From positions 1 to 54,895 of the forward strand of contig CAZMOT010000004.1 of NCBI GenBank assembly GCA_964568065.1: a DNA stretch of 54,895 bases, in the 5' to 3' direction. Each line of letters starts with the position of its first letter. Position 1 is the first letter of the stretch. The notes under the pieces are model-generated. The model ran no database searches and was not told the DNA's origin. It worked only from the letters and a program-made list of their open reading frames with translations. Of this stretch, positions 16,944 to 25,135 are shown piece after piece. Made by a program: the position numbers and the translations under genes. Source of the DNA: an uncultured Anaerolineales bacterium. GTDB lineage: Bacteria > Chloroflexota > Anaerolineae > B4-G1.

Positions 16944-18839
16944 TCACCTGGCATCAACCAGGCCTGCCAGCTCGTAGATGCGGGTAGGGAACTGTTGCCC
17001 CTTGATCCGTAGAGCCTCCAGTGGATTGACCAGCACACGGTCCTGTACCGCTTCCCATGTCGTATGGCAGAGGAGGATTTGCCCTGGCTGCGCCTGCCCC
17101 TGCAGGAAAAAGGCTATGTTAACCGGGTTCCCGATAGCGGTGTACTCCATACGGTCTTTAACTCCCACGTTACCAACCACGGCCTCCCCTGTGCAGATAC
17201 CTATGCCCACGGAGAGCTGCTCCTCTAGAGCAGTGTGGCGGTGGTAGGCTTCCAATGTTTCCTTCAACACCCAGGCCGTCTGCACCGCCTGCCAGGCGTG
17301 CTCCTCTTCCTCCAGCAGCGGTGTGTTGAAAAGAGCCATCACTCCGTCCCCCATGTACTTGTCCACGATGCCCCGGTGGGAGCGGACCTCTGCCACGGCC
17401 ATGGCATGGTAGGTGTTGAGCACCTCGACGACCCACTCGGGCGGGTTGATCTCGCTGAGCTTGGTGAAACCTCGGATGTCGGTAAAGAAAGCGGTGATCG
17501 CTCGCCGCTCCCCGTGCAGCCCCAGTTCAGCTAAGTCGTGGGGGAGCCGATCCACCAGTTCGGAGGGCAGGTAGCGTCGGATCAGGGCACGTTCCCGCTC
17601 GTAGCGGTGCTTCTCCGTCACGTCGTCCAGCACAATCGCTACCCCCAGAGTCTCTCCCCCGCTTCCCTCAAGCGTGGAGAGGCTCACGTTCAGGTGGAGT
17701 TGTTCTCCCTGCGGAAGGTGAGGGCTAATCTCCTGAGCAACGTAGGACGTGCGGTACCGACGCACGTCCTCGATGAGGTCAGGGAGAGAAGTGTTGCGCA
17801 GGAAACCAAGCACCTGATAGTAGGGACGGTTCTGCACTTGCCAGGCCGGGACGCGCAGGATCGTCTCAGCAGCCTTGTTAAAAGTGGTGATAATGTCCTG
17901 GGTGTCGGTGGTGATGACGCCGCTGGCGATGCTGGCGAAGATGTTGTCCATGTAGTGCTTCATCGTGGTGATCGCGTCCCGCTGCCGTCGCACATTGTCG
18001 AAGAGGCGGGCATTCTCCAGGGAGATAGCCGCCTGCCAGGCCAAGGCATATAGCAGCTTCTCGTCACCCGCCGTGAAGATCGCTCCTTTGGCTTTGCCGG
18101 CCAGGAGGATGGCCCCGAGTTGTCGCTCAGAAGTGAGCAGTGGGACGACCAGGAGCGGTATCTGCTGTTCCTCATGAGCGAACTCATTAACGATCCGAGG
18201 CTCACCTGTACGGGCCACCTCGTCCGCCAGCGCATGTCCCTCCAAGATGGCCGTCTCCAGTTCCTCCGTCAGCCCAGTACTAGCAGCGATGGTCAGTTTC
18301 TCTGACTCGTCATAGAGCAGGACTGCACCCTGGTGGGCTTGGATGATTCGGTTGGCCTCAGTTAGCACCCGTTGGAGGAGTTCGTCTATGTCCAGGCAGG
18401 TAGCCAGTTTCTCTCCCAGATTGTAAAGCAGGTTGATCTCCCGGTAGCGGTCCAGTGTCTCGCGGGCGATAGCTCGCTTCTCCAGGGTGATGCCGACCAA
18501 GAACTCCAGGGCGCGTCTCAACGCGGTCAATGCAGCTTGCGTCTGGGCTGGCGGAGGCAGCGGGCCGGCTGCCATGACCAGCCCCACCCGCCGTGTCTCT
18601 ACGCAGATGGACATTGCTGCTCCCTGGGAGGTGGTCACGAAGTCTGCCGTTTCTGGCACAGCCTTCCGGAGGGCATGGGCGACCTCCGGTGGGAAAGATC
18701 GGTGGCTTCCCAGGAGGCGGTCAGTTCCATCACTCACAGCCAAGGAAACCTCTGGCCCCAACAGGGGCGCAAAGTCCTTCAGGAGCGTCGTGATCTGCTT
18801 AGGAAGGAGGAGTTTCTTTAGACGAATCTTTCTTTCCAC
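16944..18839 (-). CDS. GAF-PAS-class III adenylate/guanylate cyclase
   Basis: GAF (FTAGDEKLL...QAAISLENARL), PAS (GVITTD...FNKAAE), FTDIRGFT, DKYMGDGVMA, YTAIGNPVN. Confidence 0.93.
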   Translation of the reverse strand: MERKIRLKKLLLPKQITTLLKDFAPLLGPEVSLAVSDGTDRLLGSHRSFPPEVAHALRKAVPETADFVTTSQGAAMSICVETRRVGLVMAAGPLPPPAQTQAALTALRRALEFLVGITLEKRAIARETLDRYREINLLYNLGEKLATCLDIDELLQRVLTEANRIIQAHQGAVLLYDESEKLTIAASTGLTEELETAILEGHALADEVARTGEPRIVNEFAHEEQQIPLLVVPLLTSERQLGAILLAGKAKGAIFTAGDEKLLYALAWQAAISLENARLFDNVRRQRDAITTMKHYMDNIFASIASGVITTDTQDIITTFNKAAETILRVPAWQVQNRPYYQVLGFLRNTSLPDLIEDVRRYRTSYVAQEISPHLPQGEQLHLNVSLSTLEGSGGETLGVAIVLDDVTEKHRYERERALIRRYLPSELVDRLPHDLAELGLHGERRAITAFFTDIRGFTKLSEINPPEWVVEVLNTYHAMAVAEVRSHRGIVDKYMGDGVMALFNTPLLEEEEHAWQAVQTAWVLKETLEAYHRHTALEEQLSVGIGICTGEAVVGNVGVKDRMEYTAIGNPVNIAFFLQGQAQPGQILLCHTTWEAVQDRVLVNPLEALRIKGQQFPTRIYELAGLVDAR

Positions 18840-18884
18840 GTTTATCTCACCTTTGGCAAAGTATCGGCTTCCCTGCCTGGGTCT

Positions 18885-21233
18885 TCAGGATCGGCTGGCG
18901 TGTGTCACAGATTCAGCGCCACTCGTATTCTCGGAGGGTGCCGGTGAGGTGGTCTCTCTCACGACGGGAAGCCCAACTTCCTCCGGGGCTTCTTCCTGGA
19001 AAAGCATCATGGGCAGGGCGAAAGAGAAGATACTACCTTTGCCTAACTCGCTCCTCACCCAGATGTGTCCTCCATGGTACTCGACGATCCCTTTGCAGAT
19101 GGAAAGCCCCAGCCCCGTCCCGTGCGGCCTCCCCGTCAGCATGTCACCTACCTGCGTGAACTTTTTGAAGAGGCGTGGAATCTCTCTAGCCTGCATGCCA
19201 ACACCGGTGTCGGCGACGCTCACCACCACCCACTCTCCCTCCGAGAACTGGAGATCGGCCAGTGTATCCTCGATTGCCGTGGACTTTGAGTCCTCGGCCT
19301 GAGGCTCGGCTCGAAGGCCCAGTCGAACCGTCGGGCCGTAGGGGGAGGGAGCGGGCCCTCGGCTGTGCAGCGTTCCACCTCGAACGTCCAGTTCCCAGCC
19401 TCGCACCTCAATCTGGCCCTGCTCGGTGAACTTGACAGCGTTGGAGAGTAGGTTGGTTATCACTTGGACGAGCCGATCCTGGTTACCCCAGACCGGAGGC
19501 AAGCCGTCGGGGGGTAAGTAGACCTGGATGGACAGACCATTTTCCTGAGCTTGGGCGGTGGTGGCAATGACGGCACTCTGGATCACATCCACCAAGTCCG
19601 TCTTTGCCACGGGCCACTCGGCCTGGCCCGCTTCCATCTTAGCAACGTCCAGTAGGTCGTTAATGAGTCGAGTGAGGCGCAGACTCTCATCCTCAATGAT
19701 GGCCAGATTCTCCAGGATGCGGTCGGCGACTTGGCGGGTTTTCTTATCGGTGGTCACGCGGGCGGCGATCCAACGGCGGAAATCCCGCCCGATCAGGCTG
19801 GCGAAGCCCAGGATAGAGGTGAGAGGCGAGCGCAGTTCGTGAGAAACGGCGGAGACGAAGTCGGTCTTCATGCGGTCTACCTCGACCTCGCTGGTTATAT
19901 CTCGCAGAATGGTGACGACGCCAGCGATCTGCTCCCCCCTCTCTGGCTCCAGGAGCGGCGGCGGTAGGTGCAGGGCAGTGGCCGAGGTCTTCAGTACCTG
20001 ACCATTGGGCAGTTCCAGGTTTTCGGTAAAGACCTGGTCGGGTTCCTGCAGGGCCTGGGCGACGAGGGGCTGCAAACCTGCTGCGTGAGAGGACTCTGTC
20101 AGCAGGCGGCCGCGCAGCGAGCGAGTTGGTGATTGACCAGCCATCTCCCGGAAGGCCGGATTGCTTAAGATGATGCGCTCGTTAGGGTCGGTGACCACCA
20201 GTCCATCAGTGACGTTGTTGATGATGGCATCCAGCTTGCTCGATTCCTCGGTCAGTTCCTGGCTCTTGCGGGCCAAGGCGCGCCTCTGCACCTGGATATC
20301 TTGCACGAGTCGGGCATTAGCCACGACTACTGCCGCTTGGCTAGCCACTGTCTGGTAGAGTTCCCTCTCCTCATCTGAGAATGTACGGGGTTGCCCCAGG
20401 GAGGCCAGGAACAGGATGCCTATCATTTCATCCCAGGCCACCAGAGGCACCAGGAGCAATGAACGGATCTCCAGTGAGGATATCTGTTCCTGAGAATCCT
20501 CCAGGAATGGGTGGTTGGCTGCATCTTCGATCATGTAGGGGGTGCCCTGTTCCAGCGCCCGCTGGACCGAGGGCACGCGAGGGAGTGACAAACGGAGATC
20601 GGCAAGTTGATGGGTGGGATGCTCGGCGACGATCAGCCCGTGTTTCCCGTCCTGTTCCAGGATGAGCACACTGCCGTAGTCTACGCCGCTAATCTCTACC
20701 ATGTGCTGGACGGTCAGGTTCAAAATCTCGTAGGCGTCCAGTGAAAGTGAAGAAGTCAGAGTAGTGGAGATGCGGTTGATGAGCATCAGGTTACGAGCCC
20801 GCTGTTCCAGTTCTTGGTTGGAGATCAGCAATTGCTCGGTCAGTGCGTCCCGCTCGCGGCGCAAACGCCCTTCGGTCAGGGCGCGTTCGGCCACCTCCAA
20901 CAGCTCCTTCAGAGCAAAGGGTTTCTTGACATAGTCCTTGACACCCAGCCGCAACGCCTCGATGACCAACTCTTCCGACCTCCAGGCAGTTACTGCCACC
21001 ACAGGTACACTCACCTGTTGTTCACGTAGATCGTGGAGAACCTGCATGCCGCCCATCTTGGGTAAACGCAGGTCCAAGAGAATCAAGTCTGGCCGTTCAC
21101 GCAGGGCCAGGTTCAGGCCCTCGACACCATCATAAGCGACGATTGTCTGATAGCCACTACTTTGCATCATAGTGACCATTAGCTGGGCAATGTCCCGTTC
21201 ATCTTCTACAATCAGGACTTTCTCTCCAGCCAC
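18885..21233 (-). CDS. Cytoplasmic hybrid histidine kinase (REC-GAF-PAS-HisKA-HATPase)
   Basis: VLIVEDE receiver, VSHELRSPL, NLLSNAVKFT, DTGVG, GTGLGLSI; start set at GTG 21233 behind GGAGG. Confidence 0.94.
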   Translation of the reverse strand: MAGEKVLIVEDERDIAQLMVTMMQSSGYQTIVAYDGVEGLNLALRERPDLILLDLRLPKMGGMQVLHDLREQQVSVPVVAVTAWRSEELVIEALRLGVKDYVKKPFALKELLEVAERALTEGRLRRERDALTEQLLISNQELEQRARNLMLINRISTTLTSSLSLDAYEILNLTVQHMVEISGVDYGSVLILEQDGKHGLIVAEHPTHQLADLRLSLPRVPSVQRALEQGTPYMIEDAANHPFLEDSQEQISSLEIRSLLLVPLVAWDEMIGILFLASLGQPRTFSDEERELYQTVASQAAVVVANARLVQDIQVQRRALARKSQELTEESSKLDAIINNVTDGLVVTDPNERIILSNPAFREMAGQSPTRSLRGRLLTESSHAAGLQPLVAQALQEPDQVFTENLELPNGQVLKTSATALHLPPPLLEPERGEQIAGVVTILRDITSEVEVDRMKTDFVSAVSHELRSPLTSILGFASLIGRDFRRWIAARVTTDKKTRQVADRILENLAIIEDESLRLTRLINDLLDVAKMEAGQAEWPVAKTDLVDVIQSAVIATTAQAQENGLSIQVYLPPDGLPPVWGNQDRLVQVITNLLSNAVKFTEQGQIEVRGWELDVRGGTLHSRGPAPSPYGPTVRLGLRAEPQAEDSKSTAIEDTLADLQFSEGEWVVVSVADTGVGMQAREIPRLFKKFTQVGDMLTGRPHGTGLGLSICKGIVEYHGGHIWVRSELGKGSIFSFALPMMLFQEEAPEEVGLPVVRETTSPAPSENTSGAESVTHASRS

Positions 21234-21451
21234 AAGATCGCCCTCCTGCTGTGAAACATAGAGCATGGTGCGTGCCATGTGTAACAAGGTGAGCCATCAC
21301 CTGCCCCGCGCAGACCTGTTGATACCGCTCAGTTACCCCCATCTTGGACAATTCGCTCGACATCAACAGGCACATCTTGATTCCAGGTGTCATACCCAAA
21401 CCATAACACCAAACCGTCAATCTGGCAAGCTTGACTCAAGCTAGGATACGA

Positions 21452-21783
21452 CTATTCCACCAGCGCCTTCAGCATCCCCGGCTGGGCCGCGTGTCCGAAG
21501 GTGGTCAGGGCCTCGCTCAACAAGTAGCAAGCCTGGATCAGCGGTGTCACCTCCACGAGTTCCCGTTCCAAAAGTCGCAGCGCCAGGACAAATGGCTCGC
21601 AGCGAGAGGCGACCGGCATGACCTCGTCCACCACGGCCATCGTCGAGACTTAGCACTTTGGCTGAGCTCAGCGTCGAAGCCTCAGTCGAGCCGTTGGCAT
21701 CTAGCACGCCACGGCGGGTGGATTTCAGCACGACGGTGACTCACGGGCGGAAGAGTCGTCGCTTCGACAAGCACGTCTGCCCC
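21452..21783 (-). pseudogene. Decayed 3' part of an MDR/zinc alcohol dehydrogenase gene interrupted by a REP-like element
   Basis: Fragments GADVLVEAT, RP*VTVVLKST, AVVDEV..VASRCEPF..ALRLLER.LVEV.PLI...LKALVE; palindrome at about 21658-21694. Confidence 0.55.
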
Positions 21784-22002
21784 GGCCTCGACCGATGGAT
21801 GCCTGTTATCCACCTCTTCCTCCAGCACCGTGGAATTGGACGGCAGGGGTCAGGTAGTAGTTCGGACGAGACTGGCGACTCACCCGAGGGGCAAAACTGA
21901 CGACGAGGGAGGAGAGCAGAACTAAGAACGGCAGTGAGACAGGAGTAGCTACCAGCAAGGCCAACAGGATATTACGGCGAACCGGGGGAAAGAACTGTTC
22001 CA

Positions 22003-22386
22003 CTACACTCTGACACCCAGCACATCGGATGTGCGCTCGATGAGATAGTCTGGATCAAAGGGCTTGGTGACGTACTCATTGGCCCCCACTTCGATGCTGC
22101 GCAGTCGATCCACTTCTTGGCCCTTGGCGGTTAGCATGATGACGTGAATATTGCGGAGATCAGGATCGCTCTTGATGCGCTGGCATACGTCGTAGCCCGA
22201 GATGCCGGGTAACATCACATCGAGGAGAATCAGGTTGGGCTGCTCAGCCTGGACAATGTCCCAGGCTTCGAGGCCATCGTCTGCCGACAACAACTCAATA
22301 CCGGCGTCCTCAAAGTCTTCCAACGTTTGCTCTAACAACACCCGGATGTAAACCTCATCGTCTACAATCAAGATTTTCTTGTGCAT
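22003..22386 (-). CDS. Single-domain response regulator
   Basis: KKILIVDDE, LLDVMLP, IMLTAKGQ, YVTKPF; no output domain. Confidence 0.93.
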   Translation of the reverse strand: MHKKILIVDDEVYIRVLLEQTLEDFEDAGIELLSADDGLEAWDIVQAEQPNLILLDVMLPGISGYDVCQRIKSDPDLRNIHVIMLTAKGQEVDRLRSIEVGANEYVTKPFDPDYLIERTSDVLGVRV

Positions 22387-22585
22387 TTCCCTTGCCCCCC
22401 CCAAGTGCAAAAGGCCTAGCTTTCCGGCTGCGACGGTGCGTAGAGGATTTGATCCGTCGGTTACGTGTGCGTAACGGAGTATACCCCAGTCTGGGAAAGC
22501 GAGCAAGTCCTGGTAGGCCGCGGATTCGTCGCGGAATCCCCCCCTGGAAGGGATTTGCATAGACCCAGGAGATGAGTATACTAGC

Positions 22586-22727
22586 TAATGTCATCAAGTT
22601 AAGCAGCCGCCCAGACCTCCGAGGTCTTGTGTGACTCTTGCACGACAGGAATTTACAGCAAATACGACGTGGTTTGCACCTGTGAGACTCTACCGGAGAC
22701 CTCGGAGGTCTTATCTTAATGACATTG
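22586..22727. mobile_element. 142-bp MITE with IS4-like ends and 10-bp target duplication
   Basis: Ends TAATGTCATCAAGTTAAG and (rc) CAATGTCATTAAGATAAG; flanking direct repeat GTATACTAGC at 22576-22585 and 22728-22737. Confidence 0.85.
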
Positions 22728-22832
22728 GTATACTAGCAGAATCCGACTCTTGCGATGACCTGATGTAATCCCAACGGATTGTGCTATGGGCCTGATTGGC
22801 TCTTCACGTCGCAAAGCCCAAGGTATTGTAAA

Positions 22833-23183
22833 ATGCGCACACCCGCCGGCACCGAATGCTCCTACTACTACGAAGATTTCTACCGCGGCCGCTCTACCCA
22901 GGAGTGCCGCCTCATCGGACGCAACCCGCGCTCAGAACCGTGGCAGCCCAAACTGTGCGCTCGTTGCCCGGTACCCTCTATCCTGCGCGCCAATGCCTGC
23001 CCCAACATGGTGTTGGAGGCACGGGTGGTCCGGCGCTGGCTGGGGCTCGTTCGCCACATCGAGATCTACGCCATCTGCACCGAGCACCAGGTGGAGGTGA
23101 GCGACCCCTACGTCGGCTGCGGCCACTGTCACCCCCAGGCGGCGACGATCCTCGATGCAGAAGTAGCAGAAATAAAGGAGTAA
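22833..23183 (+). CDS. Cys-rich hypothetical protein
   Basis: MRTPAGTEC.YYY.DFYRGR..QECRL...CARCPVP.ILRANAC...GCGHCH; closely linked to the HAD gene. Confidence 0.8.
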   Translation: MRTPAGTECSYYYEDFYRGRSTQECRLIGRNPRSEPWQPKLCARCPVPSILRANACPNMVLEARVVRRWLGLVRHIEIYAICTEHQVEVSDPYVGCGHCHPQAATILDAEVAEIKE

Positions 23184-23187
23184 CGCC

Positions 23188-23946
23188 ATGCTCAAAGCCA
23201 TCCTCTTCGATCTGGACGACACGCTGCTGGTCAATTCGATGGAGACCTTCATCCCCGCTTACTTCCAGGCGCTTACCCTCCACGTGGCCCACCTGATTCC
23301 TCCTGAGCGTCTGATCTCCGAGTTGCTGCGCGCCACGCGGGCGATGGAGACCGGCGACGGCACCGGGCCCACCAACGAGGAGGCATTTGCGGACGTCTTC
23401 TTCCCGGCGCTGGGATACGACCCGGATGAACTGAAGCCTGTCTTCGAGCAATTCTACGCCGAGGAGTTCCCCAAACTGCGCGCGCTGACACGACCGGTGC
23501 CGGAGGCACGCCCTCTGATCGAGTCGGTCTGCGAGCATGGCCTGCAGGTAGCGATCGCGACCAACCCAATGTTCCCCCGCTCGGCCATCGAACAGCGGCT
23601 AGAGTGGGCGGGCATACCCGTGACCGAGTTCGACTACGCGCTGGTGACCACCTACGAGAACATGCACGCCACCAAAGCCCATCCGGCCTACTACCGCGAG
23701 ATCGTCACGCGGCTGGGTCGGCAGCCTGGCGAGTGCCTGATGGTGGGCGACGACTGGGAGCGCGACATCGCCCCGGCCGCTTCGGTCGGCATCCCCGTCT
23801 ACTGGATCGCGGAGCCGGACGACGCGCCACCTTCCCTCCCCCCTCATAGGGGGGATAAGAGGGGGGTGCTGGTCGGGCAGGGAACGCTGGCGGACCTGTG
23901 GGAGTGGCTTGGAGGAGCGGAGGAGACCGCTGACGCTGACCGCTAG
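23188..23946 (+). CDS. HAD-superfamily hydrolase
   Basis: AILFDLDDTL, IATN, K.HPAYY, LMVGDDWERDI; AAGGAG RBS. Confidence 0.93.
   Translation: MLKAILFDLDDTLLVNSMETFIPAYFQALTLHVAHLIPPERLISELLRATRAMETGDGTGPTNEEAFADVFFPALGYDPDELKPVFEQFYAEEFPKLRALTRPVPEARPLIESVCEHGLQVAIATNPMFPRSAIEQRLEWAGIPVTEFDYALVTTYENMHATKAHPAYYREIVTRLGRQPGECLMVGDDWERDIAPAASVGIPVYWIAEPDDAPPSLPPHRGDKRGVLVGQGTLADLWEWLGGAEETADADR
23776..23907 (+). repeat. Copy 1 of an about 132-bp imperfect direct repeat (3' part of the HAD gene)
   Basis: Matches 24723-24854 with scattered substitutions. Confidence 0.9.
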
Positions 23947-24018
23947 CGGCTAACTTTGACACAATCTGTAATCCGCTGTATACTTCCTATGTTGCAAAGA
24001 TTGGTAGGGGGAGGTTGA

Positions 24019-24294
24019 ATGTCTATGTCGGATTTGGTATCTCGAACAGCGGAGGCCATCTACGAAGGTGGTGTATTGCGCCTGCATCGGCCCTTGCCTC
24101 TCAGCGAGCAACAGCGAGTTTTGGTCGTCGTGATTCCCGTACCTGAGTCGAGTTCCACCACCCGCGAAACACTTTCCCCCGACAAAATCTTACGCCTGGC
24201 AGCCCAGGTCTACGAGGACCTATCTCCCGACGATGTGGACGAGATTGAGCGCATGGCCCTCGACCGCAGTCACTTCTTCGTCAGCCAGGAATAA
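24019..24294 (+). CDS. DUF104/AF2212-like antitoxin
   Basis: EAIYEGGVLRL..PL.L.E...V.V; lies directly before a PIN gene. Confidence 0.82.
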   Translation: MSMSDLVSRTAEAIYEGGVLRLHRPLPLSEQQRVLVVVIPVPESSSTTRETLSPDKILRLAAQVYEDLSPDDVDEIERMALDRSHFFVSQE

Positions 24295-24296
24295 GC

Positions 24297-24710
24297 ATGG
24301 CACCCACCTTACTCGACACTGACATCCTCTCAGAGATCCTCAAGCAGCGCAACGACTGTGTATTGCAATCTGCCCGTGCTTATCTGGATGAGTGGCGGTG
24401 GTTTACCTTCTCGGTGCTCACCCGTTACGAGATTCTGCGCGGCCTGTGAGCCAAGAGTGCTGTGCGCCAGGAGTTGGCTTTCGATGCCTTGTGTCGGCTT
24501 AGTCAGGTGTTGCCTCTAACGGAGCCTGTCGCCGAACGTGCCGCTGCTATCTATGCCGATCTGCAACTGCGGGGCGATCTGATTGGCGACGCTGACATTC
24601 TCATCGCGGCCACAGCGCTGGAGCACGGACTGTCCATTGCCACGGGCAACACTTCTCACTCTGAGCGCATCCCCGGCTTGCAAGTAGTCAACTGGCGCGA
24701 ATCGCCCTAG
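24297..24710 (+). pseudogene. vapC: VapC/PIN toxin with in-frame TGA at 24447-24449
   Basis: LLDTDILS, SVLTRYEILRGL*AK, DADILIAATAL...ATGN..H..RIPGL all in one frame. Confidence 0.88.
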
Positions 24711-24722
24711 TTTTGGTACCAC

Positions 24723-24854
24723 GCCGCGTCGGTCGGCATCCCCGTCTACTGGATCGCGGAGCAGGACGATGCGCCGCCTGCCTTCCCTCCTTGTAAGGGG
24801 GATAAGAGGGGGGTGCTCGTCGGGCAGGGGACGCTGGCGGACCTGTGGGTGTGG
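24723..24854 (+). repeat. Copy 2 of the HAD 3'-end repeat (orphan gene end)
   Basis: GCCGCGTCGGTCGGCATCCCCGTCTACTGGATCGCGGAG...GGCGGACCTGTGGGTGTGG. Confidence 0.9.
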
Positions 24855-25135
24855 ATCAAGGAGGTGGTGGGCTGGAGAATGGGGAGTAGAGATTAGAGAT
24901 TTTCACGCCTCACATTTCGCCTCTTGTGTTTCACGCCTAGCACTACAACGAGATTTTCCTCCCTGCTCGCGTTGGATCGCCAGATCCAATGCTAGAAGGA
25001 CTACTTTTGAGGCATTCGCGGATCTGACGATCCGCTCGGAGCGTGTGTAAACGTCTCTTCTGTCCAAAGTCTCGTTGTAATACTAGTATCCCGGCGGAAT
25101 CTGGCCGGGCCTCGATTAGAAAAGGAAGGAGAAGT

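Noticed and set aside
21806-22003. 65-aa hydrophobic ORF
   Set aside because: No recognisable family; lies beside a decayed gene and may be a remnant
22400-22570. c-di-GMP-I riboswitch
   Set aside because: Lacks the GNRA tetraloop and GACGCAAAG core; kept only as an unclassified structure
24447-24449. vapC TGA as selenocysteine
   Set aside because: Not a Cys position in PIN domains and no convincing hairpin follows; treated as a nonsense mutation
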